DNA of 64,000 nucleotides from Raillietiella orientalis (lineage: Eukaryota). Numbering within the stretch: the stretch's first letter is position 1; every line of letters begins with the position of its first letter. The notes under the pieces are model-generated. The model was not told where the DNA came from. It made no database searches and was given only the letters and a program-made list of their open reading frames with translations. Shown piece by piece: positions 35,710 to 48,799 of the stretch. A program made the position numbers and the translations under genes. The stretch spans positions 868,001 to 932,000 of the forward strand of contig JAYWIR010000039.1 in assembly GCA_036172245.1 (NCBI GenBank), given 5' to 3'.

Positions 35710-38199
35710 GGGGCCGTACCGTGTATATCTACAAGCGTTGGAAAACAGATAAACAAGTGCTTGGCGTTCAAGGTGGCCTCTACTTTCAGAAGTGTGCAAA
35801 ACAGACACAGTTGAACCATATGCTTGAAAGTGCACCCAAAGGCTCCTTTTCCGGAAGCGATCCGTAATTTCGCTTTCGGAATGCTTCCTGGATTTCGCAA
35901 GTGCGGAAGTGCATGCGCACTCGGGGGGAAAGGTGGATTGTTTCCCTGGTTTCCAGTTTTTTCTCAGAGATGAAAACCTGGATTCCCAAGGAAACCTGCT
36001 CAGCAAGAAACGACTTTTTCTGCGCATGCGCCACAGAATCTGGGAAAGACGCATCACACGAGGAATCGCAGATCCAAGGCAAAGAGCTCATTCGCGAGAA
36101 AACGAGAAGGGACCGGGACTGGAGGAGCCCTTGACCTCAAAGCAGATCGAACGAAGGAACTGTCACGTTCCCGGCGTCGGTTAAGTCAGCTTGAAGTTGT
36201 GCCACCTATTTTATGAGAATCTGAGTATCTTGATGAAACCGTACCAACTGTTACGCAACAACTCACCTGATGTACGGATTCATTTGCAGGTCTCCGGAAC
36301 AAGCGATCCTGAATTTTTTTCCGGCGGCAAGCTGAAGAATCGTTTCCTAGTCGCCGCAACCAGAACTATCTCAGCCTCCATCAGAACCAAGAAGTCTCTC
36401 TCTTCGACAGTCGGCGCGGCGTCATCTTCTTACTCCAAGATTCCGAGCGTCATCTCATTTCGAGGAATCCGTTCGCCGGCGTCCCTCGGGATCCGGAAAT
36501 GCTCGCGGAGTGCATCCACGTATAGATTCCCCTCCCCCTCCCCTTTCCTTCCTTCCCATTCCAAAGACCGACAGAACGCGGTACGGCACGCTAGCGACAA
36601 TCCTCGACTGTTAGCAGTGGCTTCTGAAACTTTTCCGCCTGGAGGGATGACCTGCCTGCACGCAGAAAGCCTAGCAAAGTCCCCGCTCGAATGTAAATCG
36701 GCAGGACCACCCCAGAGCGCTTCACAGCACTCTATTTCAGCGTTGCTTTCATGCCCTGTCAGCGCCCAAAATACCGAAAGGAAAGCGTAACGCTGTATGT
36801 CAACGAACGGCGCTGGGAAGCGCATCCGCAAAGAGCGAAAGAAGCTGCGGAAAAGGGCAACAGCAGTCAAAAACCCAGCTTTTGCAGTGGTATGACAGGA
36901 CGGGAAGCCCATGCGAATAAAAAGAAAAAGAAGAAAACGTCAACGATGCTGAAGAAGGCGAGGACATTCTTCTCGCAGCGGTCACGCCAAAGCGGAAGCA
37001 CGACCGGCAGCAGGGCTCAGGATAGACAGGATGCTGTGAATTCATCAAAGCTCTCGAATTTGCACGAATTTTTTGCACGTGGCATCCCCGCAGTGCTTTC
37101 GTGGCGTTCGCAGTCTACGGATGGGCGCTGCGGCAGGACCACACCCAAGACCCCGGTGGCACGCAGACCCACCACCGGGCGCAAAGGACCTAAAGGATGG
37201 CCGCCTTTCCATGGCTCTTGGATGCGCTTCAGGAACTGCCCGTTTCTTCCGGTACGGTACGCTCATGGCTCGTGCGCAGGCTCGTCGGTTTGCATCTCCA
37301 CGTGAGGACCAGAATCACGCTGTCCGGTTCTACGGCGTCCGTGGCTCGACGTGATTCGGAACGAGTCGGAAGCTCTTGGCGAAAAGAACTCGGAAACCGC
37401 AGTGCAACCGTAGTGCGCATCACCAATCTCGCATCTCCCTCCGTTCTTAAGTGAATGTGCTCGCTTACCTTTCATAAAAGAGTTTGGCTGGTTTTTTTTT
37501 TTTTTTTAAATGGGAAAAATTCGAGAACTCTCCCGCACTGCTGCCCTAAGAGTTATGCGACTGTGTTTAGCGATACACAGTTCAGCCTGCACTAGCTTTC
37601 CCAACACTTATAGTGTACTTATATATGCTTCACTAATGAGTAACGAGCCACGTCTCTATGAATATTATCATCATCTTAGCTTGTACGGCGTGAATAGATA
37701 CTTCAGGTTTCATCCATTTACTTTCCAGTATTTTTTTTTTTTTTTCTTTAACAACCCCTCAGGCGATCAGTGCGCAGTTGTTCAGTGAAAAGTTTTCAGA
37801 AAGTCAACGCAGCTGCCATCTGTTTATGTCGTTTTAGGCATTTGATCAATCTTGTCAAAGTGACTCTTCAGCGTGCTTGATATGAACAGCATGTCGCATC
37901 CGTTCCCCTGATGCATGAGGCTGTAAGAAACTCTAGGCTGCGTGATGCAAGCGGAGTTGCAGTGAGTTATGCTCTTCGGTTGTTGCGAATTATTCAGGAA
38001 GCTGAGATGGGCAAGAGAAGAATATGCTCTTTTGAAATCATTAAGCCCAACCTTGGGCGTTGTTCATCCCCTCATTGCAGAACACTTGCGAGTTCCGCTG
38101 CAAACATCTCACCCTGACGGAGTCGCATAGGCACGATGCGCCTAACACTACGTGAAGCTTGACTTGAACACTGTGAAGACACGTGGTGTTCGGGTCGAG

Positions 38200-39880
38200 G
38201 TTCGAACCGCATGCAACGCTTCGTCGCATGAACGCGCCATCCCATGATCATCCCCATAATTCAGCATCTCGCGACACACCACCGTGGATCATCGTATGGC
38301 TCATAGGACCTGGAACCCATCTGTCACATTACATTCTGTGCTTTCTATTTTGGGGTGTGGTATGGTGCACACCCCGAAATCGCTAGCACAGTTTCTCACT
38401 TTGCAGGGAATACATGTATCAGGATGCTGAGTTGCACTCCGCACAGGCGCTTCAGACGAAACGTTCAGATGTTTCATGTTCACTTTTGCATGATTTGCAT
38501 TCCTCAAGTGCAAGTCTGGGGTCGCAGAGCAGTGCTGTGGTGTGGGAGTTTTGGCTTCGAAAGGTGGTGCACAATCGTTCGGTAGATGCAGTCTGAGGTG
38601 GTGGTGCATGGGAACGTCTGCGTGCCCTCAGGCAGTTATGTTCTATTATGCTCCGCAGTCCTTTTGGCTAACGTCAAAGGGCAGTTATGCTGTCGTGAAG
38701 GAGACCTTCCCTTCTCTTTCCACGATAAATCTACGAAGGGAAAAACCTGCTTCCCTCATTCCGTGCAGCAGGAATGGATCGAAAGCACGAAAGATCTTCC
38801 GTTTTTGTCCAGCAGACCCTCCGGCTTCAAGACAGCTTCTTTTCAGTCGTCCACACCTTCGGACATCCTCATAAGGTTAAGACGCCAGAATGATAGCCAA
38901 GTTCTTCTGCTTGCTAGGTTCCGTCATCCGGGAGACCATGTGGGGCTTCTCTGTTTCTTGGGCAGCCATCCCCGACCTGTTCGTCGTGCTTCTCGGGGAT
39001 GGTTTCCTCGTTCCAGGTGAGATGGTCGAGGATGTGGTTGAGGGACCTTTCCTCCTGCGCTGCATGCATACTTAGTTGGCGCGTCAACTCCAGTGGGGCT
39101 TGTTGCTCTCACAGGCATCGAATTGAGCCGCTCCGGGTGGATGTTGCAAAACCTCCTGGTCATCAGCCAAGCTAAAGCAGCAGGCACCGCAACGAACAGC
39201 TTCCGCTGCATATCCGGGAATGCGACACCGCTCTCTGGACCCAAGGGGTTAGCTGCGAAAATGGCGGAAGGGAAAGCAAAATATGTGAACCCTTTAGTGG
39301 ATCTTCTGTCTTCGCGGAGAGAGGGAAGCAAATCAACAGTAGGACAAGCGACGCTAGGCTGAACGCAATGATTCTGACTTGCCAACATCTCTCGAGATGC
39401 AAGCAGCTTTCTGTTTTCCATCAAGCCCGTAGCAACTCATCAATGACTTGGTTCTGCAGTAAAATTCCCGGGATGCTGTAGGCACTCGTGAGTGTGCTGG
39501 CAGCATGGCAGCCTGTAGAGGAGCTTTTCCTTCCGAGATCCTCAAGCAGCATCTGCGGAAAACTTGTTAGGACGTCTTGGTTTCGGTTGTTGGCATGCAA
39601 TCGAATCAGCGTGCTCGAAAACACACATACGCACACACACTCACGTATCATTTCCCGTGAAGGTGCTTTGAGAACTACTTAGGAATGTGCAAAAGATGCT
39701 TGAATGACTTCTTTTCTCTTCCATGAAGGCGTTTCCATGGATACGTCTTGTAAACCCATGTGTCCCTGATTTATGGGATGGAAAGGTCCATCTGAACGGA
39801 CTCATGCAGGCACCTCCAAGAACGAGCCCTCGAATATCACCTTCGTAGATTTCATCTAAGGAATCCTCAGGGATAAACAA
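38200..39880 (+). mobile_element. Decayed LINE (ORF1-like Cys-rich, endonuclease and RT slivers)
   Basis: Cys-rich ORF1-like tract at 38.5-38.7 kb; 'FPWIRLVN...KVHLNG' at 39.7 kb resembles the RT W..L...NG segment. Confidence 0.35.
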
Positions 39881-40249
39881 CAGTGGTAGAGCTCAGCGTC
39901 GAAAAAAGTCGTTGACACCACGCGAGCGATCCGTGATGTGTTGGTGAGGTCATCATGATAAGCAAGGTTGTGGGGTTTTCTTGTATTTTTCCTTGTTTGC
40001 GTGGGGTGTGGAGGAGCAAGAAGTCTGTCGCCCAAGTGCAATGAGAGTGTTGTAGCAACGACGAAACAACGCCAAGTCGATCGCACGGGTTGCCCCCGGG
40101 TCACACCGGGGCGTTTATAAAGATAAAATAAACATACATGCCTGTGGCAGGACGTTTGATCCTGCCAGGTTCCTTAAAACTACGAGAAGGAACCTGCTGG
40201 GAACTGGTACTCAGGCCAGCGTGGATCGCCTCGGCAGCACAGGGTAAGG

Positions 40250-40900
40250 GGAGACAAACAAAATGAAAAAAAATAAAAGAAACATACAGTCAGAAAATAG
40301 GAGGGTTTGGGTAGGGATCACCAGGTGATGGAGGGTGTCCTCTGCATCCTTGTAAGGATGATCTCGAGTTCCTGTTTCAAGATTCTCGGATGGGGCCATT
40401 TTGACGCTGTCCTCATGAAGAGGACAGCAGAATAGATGGCGTCCCTGTCGTTCTGCACTCCTCTGGCTTGCTTCTCCATGCAGCCACGGTCCCGCCGCAT
40501 AGGCAGCAAAGTGCTGCTAGGGCCGGCGTGAGGGCGTCGTTCAGGAAAAGACGCTTCGAAACGTCTCTGGCATTGTTGCTGGGGGTTCCAAGATTCGTGG
40601 CAAAGCGTCCCCAAAGCTACCGGAGGACAACACAGGTTACTAGGAGGTACGGGAGGGATTTACGCTCCCCGCACCTTGGACAGTTCGGGTCCACGCACAC
40701 AACGTGTCCACAGATTCCGATGGGCATTGAACGGGAGGCGCCAGTGCAGCAGCATGGGGGCACGCGGAAACGCGGCAGTGGGAGACCCGCACGCAGGCCA
40801 GCGGCTCCTCAGAGCAGGCGAAGGAGATCCCTCTCGGAGCGCGCACAAACTGCTCGTCGCGGTCACAAGGAACGCCACCTGAGGAGTACATCGTCGCCTC
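40250..40900 (-). mobile_element. Family-A LINE 3' end
   Basis: 40640-40700 (aggaggtacgggagggatttacgctccccgcaccttggacagttcggg) parallels 54670-54720, the zinc finger of the minus-strand element. Confidence 0.65.
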
Positions 40901-41199
40901 AGGCTGCCAAGATCAATAGGGTTTACCAGTGCCACCAGTCCAAGAAGAAGCAAGGAAGGATTCAAGGAGCGCCAAGCAGGCGCAACACAAATCAACGGGC
41001 GGCGACAGAGACCAGAAGATGGAACGACGGGGCTCGAGGACCGGGGATCAAGGCTCAGGTAGTGGACTGCTGTGAGTCTGACACTGACATGGACTCACAC
41101 CGAGTCCGAGTAAGGAAGGTGCCAACATCTTCAGAGAAGAAGCGCCCGAATGGAAGAGCACGCGTCAAGTAGCACGCGGGCACGCTCGGGAGGAAACCC

Positions 41200-41760
41200 C
41201 AAACGGAAGCACCTCTTCCTCATTCTCCCTGGAGGAACTCCCGGAGGGAGCCGCTCCTGAATTTCTTTTCCGGAGGGAATCCACATGGGAACAACTCCCC
41301 GTTCCCTCCTCTAGAGAGAACTTCCAAGGAATGCTTTCCAAGTTCTCTGAATGGTCCGCTTTCCGAAAAAAGCAGCGCGCTTCTTGACACTCTGGAGAAG
41401 CACCAATTCACCAGCTCCATGCTGCGCGATGGAAGGTCTCCCCTCGGGGGGGGGGGGAGGGTGGCCCCATTTTGCCCAATCGGAGTGGAAGGGCTCCTTG
41501 ATTCCCGGATGGATCCCGGCGGGTCGACTTGCAATCCCAGCACGTCAACGGGGGCATCTGACGTCCACTATTGCCTCTTTCGAAGTCTACAGGCCAACCA
41601 GAGTCCTCCTGCAGGTGGAACTCGAAACCCACGGCGCACCCATTTCTAGGCGTCGACGATCCTTCCCCGGACGGGATTCGAACCCGCAACGCTTGGGACA
41701 CGCGCAGAGACCCGCAGCGCCACACGTGTCCGCCAATGCTGCATAGAAGAACAGCCTAAA
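41200..41760 (-). mobile_element. LINE APE endonuclease remnant
   Basis: 'TCGAA...PKRCGFES...AVGFEF...RTLVGL...GDLPSRSMELV'; DNA-level homology to 44.36-44.78 kb. Confidence 0.6.
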
Positions 41761-41899
41761 GGGGAAAGCCGTACAAACTAAGGTGTGGCCTTGCGCCCGC
41801 CTCATGAGCAGACGCGAAAAGCTGATATCCTAGGAACGCTTTCGACCACGCGAACGCTAAGAGCCCAATTAGGAGTTGTCTCAAGACATTAACCAGATA

Positions 41900-42460
41900 A
41901 GTAGAAAGACTTCCTCTACCCGTTACACGTGTTTTCTTTTGAAACTTTAAACAAACTGCCGCGCACAGCAGATCGGACTGGGAAAGTTGGAGGTAGCAAG
42001 AATGCGCTTATGAGGATGTTCATTTCGGATGTGGAAGGATCGCGTCTTGGTTTCGTTGCGCTGGAATGGGCGTTGCCTTCATCGAATTTTCGGCACGCGA
42101 GATCCATGTTGTTCCAGCACAGGCCGAACAAGTTTCCGAAATAGGGAAGGACTTGGGAACTCAAGAACGTGTGCTTTCTCCCTGTCTGTCCTCCCCTTCC
42201 CCGGGTTTCAACAAGGACAAACGATTTCAGGAATTCCTTTTTCCTCGTCGGAGCTTCCGTTACCAGAGCATCTGTGATCCCGCAATTTCTGCGGCCTGCT
42301 CGCTGTCGTTTTGCGCTCGCCTGCACTTGGGATCGCCCTGTACGTTTCCATGAGGAAGGTCTCCTCTCTGCCCATCCCTTCCTCCTAGGACCAGATGGAA
42401 AGTTGTTTTCAGCCTTTTCCGCCAGGAGGTCGGACGGAAGATCTCCTTCTCGCACGTTCC
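41900..42460 (-). mobile_element. LINE RT N-terminal remnant
   Basis: 'APTRKKEFLKSF...GGQTG...VLPYFGNLFGLCW...KPRRDP...ISAFLL' follows the P.T..E...PG.DG...LFN...PK..D...RPISLL layout. Confidence 0.55.
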
Positions 42461-43509
42461 CATTCCCTTTTTAGTTGTTTCGAAAGTGCTCAACACTCAC
42501 TTTGACCATGGTTCGCAAATATTTGAGCAGTCTCTCTGCTCCTGTTTCTGCACCTGTATCCAATTTGCAGGCACCTTTTTCAGGCTTGCCATGCAAGAAC
42601 ACTTGGCCGGAAAAAGGCACCTTCTTGCGCACGCTGCAAGCCCAATTGCACCCCTTGGCGTACTATCGAATCGAAAGTAATATTCTGTTTTATATTGCTC
42701 CGCATCTCAGTGTATCTTGAGGTCACAAAGAAAACAGAGCATTTCAGTTTACAATTCAATAAAACGGGAAGTTCGCGCATAATCCCGATTCATTACGGTT
42801 CATAAAATCAATAGAAAAAAAAGCAACTGGAAATAAGAATGGAAGATCGCGTAGGTGTGCCAACAGTTTTGAACGCTGCGGCATTTCTCGAGGCACTCGG
42901 ATAAACACAGTGGTGCCATTAGCTGTTTACATCGCCACGCAGTCTCACTCCTAATCTTACGCAGTGAAAGACGCGTGGCGCCTCCCAGCGGGATGCCGTC
43001 TCTTCTTGGTTGACGGAGGGTGATTGGGGAGGGGGCAAGCCCTCCTGATTTTAGGGCCTTCAAGCGAGTTGGCGTGCCGCTGCGTGCACGAAAATGGCGA
43101 TCAGGTAGGGGCACTTGGATTAGTAGGTCTTCCGCGACGCCCAACTGAAAACCGGCAGTACTTTTTTGCTCGCTGCTCCACTGATTTTCAAATGTAAAAA
43201 CAAAACAAAACACGGGCATTGTACACAGCAATGTCGGCTGTTTGAAGAAAAGGCTTTTCTACATCCCTTTAAGCATCTTCCCATAACAGGGAAACGTTCC
43301 AGCAATCGATCCCGTTCAACAGCTTCGTCCATGCCTTGATTGTGCTCAGTCACATATGCTGGTTTTGCGGCATTTCCCTTCCTTTTCACCTTTTCCCTCT
43401 TTCGTCCCGCCACGTCAGCATATTAGCGCTTTGTACTATGCGTATTTCAAAGCGAGAACACCATTATGGGAGAAGGTATTCGATTTAGCATCTCAATGTA
43501 CAGCACTCC

Positions 43510-43770
43510 GAGCTTTACCTTTAAACTTCTCGAATAGGAAGGCCCACCTATAACACGGGGATGCGTACCGCGATATCGGAGCCCTATCGGTTATACATGG
43601 ATAACACAATAGCATTTATACAAGTTGTACAAAGCATCTTGAACCGTACAGCAGTAGAATTTCACTTTGAAAAAAGAAGGAAAAAATTAAAGGTGTAAAA
43701 AGTAAAAAGCTCCTAGAGTCCTGTTGATATTGAGACAAGTCAGTTTCATCTTTCTCGTTATCGAAATCTT
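43510..43770 (+). repeat. Diverged AT-rich interspersed repeat, copy 2
   Basis: Direct-orientation homolog of 32340-32660. Confidence 0.7.
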
Positions 43771-43829
43771 CTTATGCTGTTTCATTCACGGACTTTCGAA
43801 CGCATTGCCATCCGACCTTCTTAAATCTG

Positions 43830-44850
43830 ATGGCTGAACCCAGATTGCACCCCGAAATTCAGGTTTATTCACAGCATCTTAAGGGCCGATTCACCGCGTT
43901 ATACGGAAGATGTGGGCGTCTCTTCCTCGCTCCAGATTGGGACGTTTCAGGTTTGAAGCACTTTGAGCAGTTCTTGGAACGTTCTGGAGAGGCTGGCTCG
44001 TCCATTTTGCCGCGAGCAAACCACGGAGACTCCAGACTCGTTGTTCGACGCCAAGGGGTCGAGTGCATCTGCCCTTGCAGAGCGCCGGCTTCTCGTATCC
44101 TTAGCTGCGGTGGAGTGAGGACACGTAAGGACATGTTGCCGCAACTTCTTGGACCTCCTGCCTCCTGCACACTCCCGTTCTCCACTCGGATGTTTTTGAC
44201 GTTCGGCGATTTCTCTCTCTGTAAATCTTTGGATGGAGATGTAAACATCTCAAAAGCTTGCCTGCATGGCGAGAGTTGCAGGGAAGACACCAGCGCAACA
44301 CTCGGAGGGAGTTGCCACGAAGATACCCTTCCCAGTTTCTCTGAAGGGCGCTCCCTGAAGGGTGCAGCGCGCTTCTTACACTCTGGAGAGGCAATCCTGG
44401 GGAATGGGGGGAAGGTAACAACTAGCTCCATGGTACGTGATGGAAGGTCACCCCCTGAGGGGAGGGACCGCTCCATTTTCACAAGAGGGCGGGAGCCATG
44501 AAGGGACCTGGTACCCTGGAAGGTCCCCGGAGGGTCGAATTCCAATCACGGCCAGTCAGCGAGGGCTTCCGATTTTCGGCTTCCACCATTGCGGCACCCG
44601 AATAGGCCAACCAGCGTCATCTTGCGATGGGAGGACTCGAAATCCACGGCCCACTCCTCCGTTCTCGGTGTGGATCTTTTAGGGGAGGATTCGAACCCGC
44701 ATCGCTTGGGTGCAGCCACGCGGCCGCCAACGCGGGCCATGTGGAAGATTTCCGTACCTTCCACGGGTCGCCATCTACAAGATTCCGTGCGCGCGGGAGA
44801 ACTGCTGGTGGCAGACAATGCAGGTATGCATCTGATGATCACTACACATC
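43830..44850 (-). mobile_element. LINE endonuclease plus linker remnant
   Basis: 'GGRVAAPKRCGFES..EWAVDFESSHRKMTLVGLFG' resembles GVAIL...GR.....ITLVNVYAP; homologous to 41.2-41.76 kb. Confidence 0.6.
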
Positions 44851-45527
44851 CATGTCAGTTCGAAGCAGTGGACCTTCTCCGTCATTCATCCGTCCATTTC
44901 CCGCTTGGACTTCAGTGTTCCTGTGTTTGATTCACTTCAACACGGTCACGAGGAACAAAGCTAGGAGGCACAGGAGGCGGAGGCGGATCGCTTGCGAGGC
45001 AACACGGGACAACTTCCGTGGGTCTCCTGACGGCGAGCATGGTGGGGAGTGGAAAACCTGGATCTCCCTGGAAGGAAAGATTTTTTTCTGTTTCTGAGAC
45101 CGGAGCGCGTGAGTTTCCGAGTTAGCATCGAAATCGACGTGGTTGGCCTGGTCCTTCCGCCCTCGAGAGGTGGTGGCTCGAAGCTGTTTCTCGTCGCCAT
45201 TACAAAGAACAAACAAACAAAAAAACTGGATCCACAGTAGAATCTCTCGGGAGATCTCACGCGAAGACCACACGAAGAAAACGATTCGGTCATCAAATTC
45301 ATCTGCTTTTGAGAGACCGATGGTCAAGGTGGCCGCGAGCCCGTATTGTCTGAGATTGAGATCACAAATAATTCTTTAATGAAAAAAGAAGAAAAGAAAA
45401 AAAAATTTGCACCATCTCCTACGTTTTCTCTCTATCTCTTGCCGCCCACGCCACTTCGCGTGTCGGCAGTCGACGTTGCGTGCGCTCGGCGCTGGGACGG
45501 CGAGCGGCGTTCGACGACGAGCGACTG

Positions 45528-46400
45528 CCCTAAAGGCATGAGAAGACAGTTGCCTACCGGCAAGGTGGGAGGTCGCCTGCGCTATCGCAGGCGAAACCCG
45601 ACTTCCGGGCGGCTGGAGGACCTGCGAGATGGCAGATGCTGCCACGCCTCGCATTCGTGCCAACGGACTTCTTCGGTGGTGCGAGCTCCTGAGGGTGCCC
45701 TCCGAAGAACTTGTGATTCCTTCCCCATGCTTGGACGCGACTGTGTTCCCCCTCCGGTGGAAACAGGACGCTTTTCTGCTGGTGCATTGGGGTCTGTATT
45801 GCAACCAGCGCGCTCACCTGGTTTCCGGGGGAGTCGCGTTCCCGAACTGTGCAAAATGGGTAGCGGTGGAATCGCTCCCGCACCTGCTATTCGAATGCGG
45901 TACCCTCCAGGGACTGTGGCGGCGGCTGTCTTCAGCGCTCTTGCATCCGGAGAACACCGCAATGGACTGGATGCGCCGCTTCTTCACGCGTGGCGGCCTA
46001 TCTCTGGGAGCGGTCGTCGCAATCATCTGCTGCGTCCACGCCATCGTCAGAGCCCGCCACGTATTGCAGCTGCGAGCGGTCCAACATCGGTCCCCGACAG
46101 TGCTGCCTGCAATCTGGAACTGGCTGCCGGGTGGCCACACCTGGCCGAAGTGAGGACGGAGATTGCCGGCATTCACCGCCGGTCCTGAGCATAGGAACGG
46201 CTGAAGCTGCAGACACCAGTCCCCATCCGCCCACTATTTTTATTTATTTATTTATTGTCCTCTCCCTGCCATCCCGAACTCTCAATATGCCCATCCTGAG
46301 GGCCGGGAAACCCTCTCCCTTAACTTCTGTTCCCCTTGCCTGGGAACTATGTTCCCAGATGCTTTCTTTATAATAAACGTCCCGGCGCAACCGGGTAACA
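45528..46400 (+). mobile_element. Young 5'-truncated family-A LINE 3' end with 3'UTR
   Basis: Near-identical direct repeat of 57978-58850; 'PNCAKWVAVESLPHLLFEC'; AATAAA at 46372. Confidence 0.9.
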
Positions 46401-46449
46401 AACGACGCGCGAAGAGGACTGCACTGCTTGTAGATTCGCAGGTTTCTTG

Positions 46450-47980
46450 CTGCGACGTGGCCGCCTTTTGTGGATGATGAATTCCGGGGAGGGTTTCCCG
46501 GGTTCCCACGAACCGGCTCCTCATAAAACAGGGGGTCCTGACTCCCTGTCCACACCAGTCGTCGTCGATACATGAAACAGGTTCGAGAGCACACAGCAAC
46601 GGAATCCGCCTTCCCCTCCTTCGAAGGGGCAACTCACCGGCTGTGCAAAACTTGATTTGTGGGTCTCGAATGGCAAAGCCCGGAGATGCAGAGCGTCGTT
46701 CAGGAAGTGGTGGATGAAGATTCTCACAGAACGCCGCGCTGTTGGGATTTTCCAGAGATCTCCGAGTTATGTAACCACGCCCTTCGTGCCTTTCAATTAG
46801 CTGAGTGTACGAAGAATGCTGGGAGCGGGAAGATCGGAACTAAGAAGACGATGTGCTTCAATAAGAGCGTGACGTGGGGTAGCGAAAAGATTAGTCGAGA
46901 GTGCGGATGAATCGATGAGGCAGTGGCAGCGGCCATTTCTCAGCACGTGTTACTCGCATCCACCTGGCGCAGAGGACCGGTGGACGGCGACGTGCAATTT
47001 TGTGATCTGAAGGAAAGAAGATTCCGTGGGAGTCGAACGTGATAGCAGAGTCTGCACAGTCGGTTACTATGCGCGCGGAACATCTGACGGGCTTGAAACG
47101 ACCACATTACGCTGCAGCCGAAACCAACTGAGGGAATTTCAACCGAGCACTGGCAGAGGGAACCGGGGAGCATGTTGCCGTTCGGCGCTTTTCCTCCATT
47201 TGACGGCACGGGAAGCTCACGGGAAGGAAAGGATAGCTTCACTGGGCAATGCAGCAGCCCTCACATACGTAAAGGCCATGAAACACGTGAACCTACTTTT
47301 GGCACGACCACACCAATCGCATTTCTCTGAGAAGTTTGAGGAAATCCCTTCGGTTGGTTTCATTGCGTCCGGACTGGTCAAATCCTTTGCCAGTGAGAGA
47401 CCGAGCGACATCTGTTACCAGGCGAATGAACTACTATGGAGTCCACGGCGATCGTTCGGCTTCCATCTTATTTTCCTTTTCTCACTTCTTCGGTCATGTG
47501 GAAAGCCGCACGGACGAGAACTCGATCTTCATCTAAGATTAAATTTTCGTACTTGTTCATATTATTCAGGTAGGTTGAGTTACGGTAGCCAACTTTTTTT
47601 CAAGAGTGACCAGAGGGCTTCAGGAGTAGACTCCCCATTGCTCACAGACCTGATACTACAGAAGAGTAATCGCATAATAATGCTGGAGATCTGCTGCCCT
47701 TCCGAAGGCGAAAGACAGTCGTTCAGAAAAGCCAGAAGTAGTGAGATGGAGAAATACAAAGTGACCTTCCTGCTGAAAAAGGAAGGGAAGCAGTGCAAGG
47801 TGCATGCTTCCATCGTCGCCGAAACTAGGAGCCTGTGATCCAGAAAACAAAGAGGCGCTGTGCGATCTTGGAGTTCTTAGGAAGCACAAGGAGAGAATGA
47901 GGCACTGTATGGTGACCTCTGCATCCGATAGTCTAGGGACATCTACGTGACAGACATCACAGGAAGACTTCCAAAGGAGA
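46450..47980 (+). mobile_element. R2/NeSL/Utopia-like element remnant (RT tail to RLE)
   Basis: 'LLTDLILQKSNRIIMLEICCPSEGERQSFRKARSSEMEKY...KKEGKQCKVHASIV...ALCDLGVLRKHKERMRHCMV' is homologous to 6107-6640. Confidence 0.75.
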
Positions 47981-48242
47981 CCGAAGACTATTTGCAGCCG
48001 GAAAAAAACAGTGATCCTCTCTAGCGAGACGAAGGACACGATGCTTGAATGCACAACAGAATAAGGGACAATAAACGCCCCAGATAGGCAACCGAGGAAA
48101 CTCGGAAAGATATGAACATCCCATCCCCCCCCCCGTAATGCATTGTGAAATTGCATTCTTGAAAACCAAAGCAGGCTGCGCATTTCGAAACGTTCAGCAG
48201 CTCATTTACGTTTCTGCTTTTTCCTCCTCCCTTTAAACGTAC

Positions 48243-48540
48243 TGAAGACCAGAGGGCTTCAGGGGTAGACTCCTCCTTGAGACCAGAACTGATACTACAG
48301 AATGGTAATCGCATAATGTCTGCTGTCCGTTCGAGGGTGGAAGAGAGTCGTCCAGCACAGCCAGGAGAAGCAAGGTGGAAGGGAAGAGAAAAAGAAGATG
48401 AAGGATGTTTTTACAAGAGGAGGGAAAAAAAAGCAGAAACATGAATGCAGCATTTATCTTGGCGTCGTGCTGTGTGCTGAGGGTCCTACTTCCCAATGAG
48501 GAATGTCAGTTTGCCATCGTCAAACTTCAACGTGGAATTT
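48243..48540 (+). mobile_element. Second adjacent RLE fragment
   Basis: gaccagagggcttcaggggtagactcc...ctgatactacagaatggtaatcgcataat repeats 47608-47680. Confidence 0.75.
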
Positions 48541-48799
48541 GCATTCTTCTCGAGCTTTATCTATTTTTCATGGCTACGGAAATGGGAAAGCCACTTCTGA
48601 AAAATCTCCTGCATCATTATCGCTCTCTCTCCTCTCCTATGAATCATCAAGGAGTTTCACAGTTGCATTTAGCATGAGCGTCATTAGTACCCTCATTTAC
48701 AGAAACATCTTTAACAGCATCAAACGAAGAGAAATTTTCCTGCGTTTTCCGGGTCTTGGGAGCTCCGCTGATCTTCTTTGCAACGTTTTTCCTAGTTAT

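Noticed and set aside
41670..41730. tRNA B-box-like GGTTCGAATCC (also ~2931, ~44688, ~35577) suggesting tRNA or SINE
   Set aside because: No cloverleaf or acceptor stem; at 41.7 and 44.7 kb it encodes 'GFES' within longer endonuclease homology.
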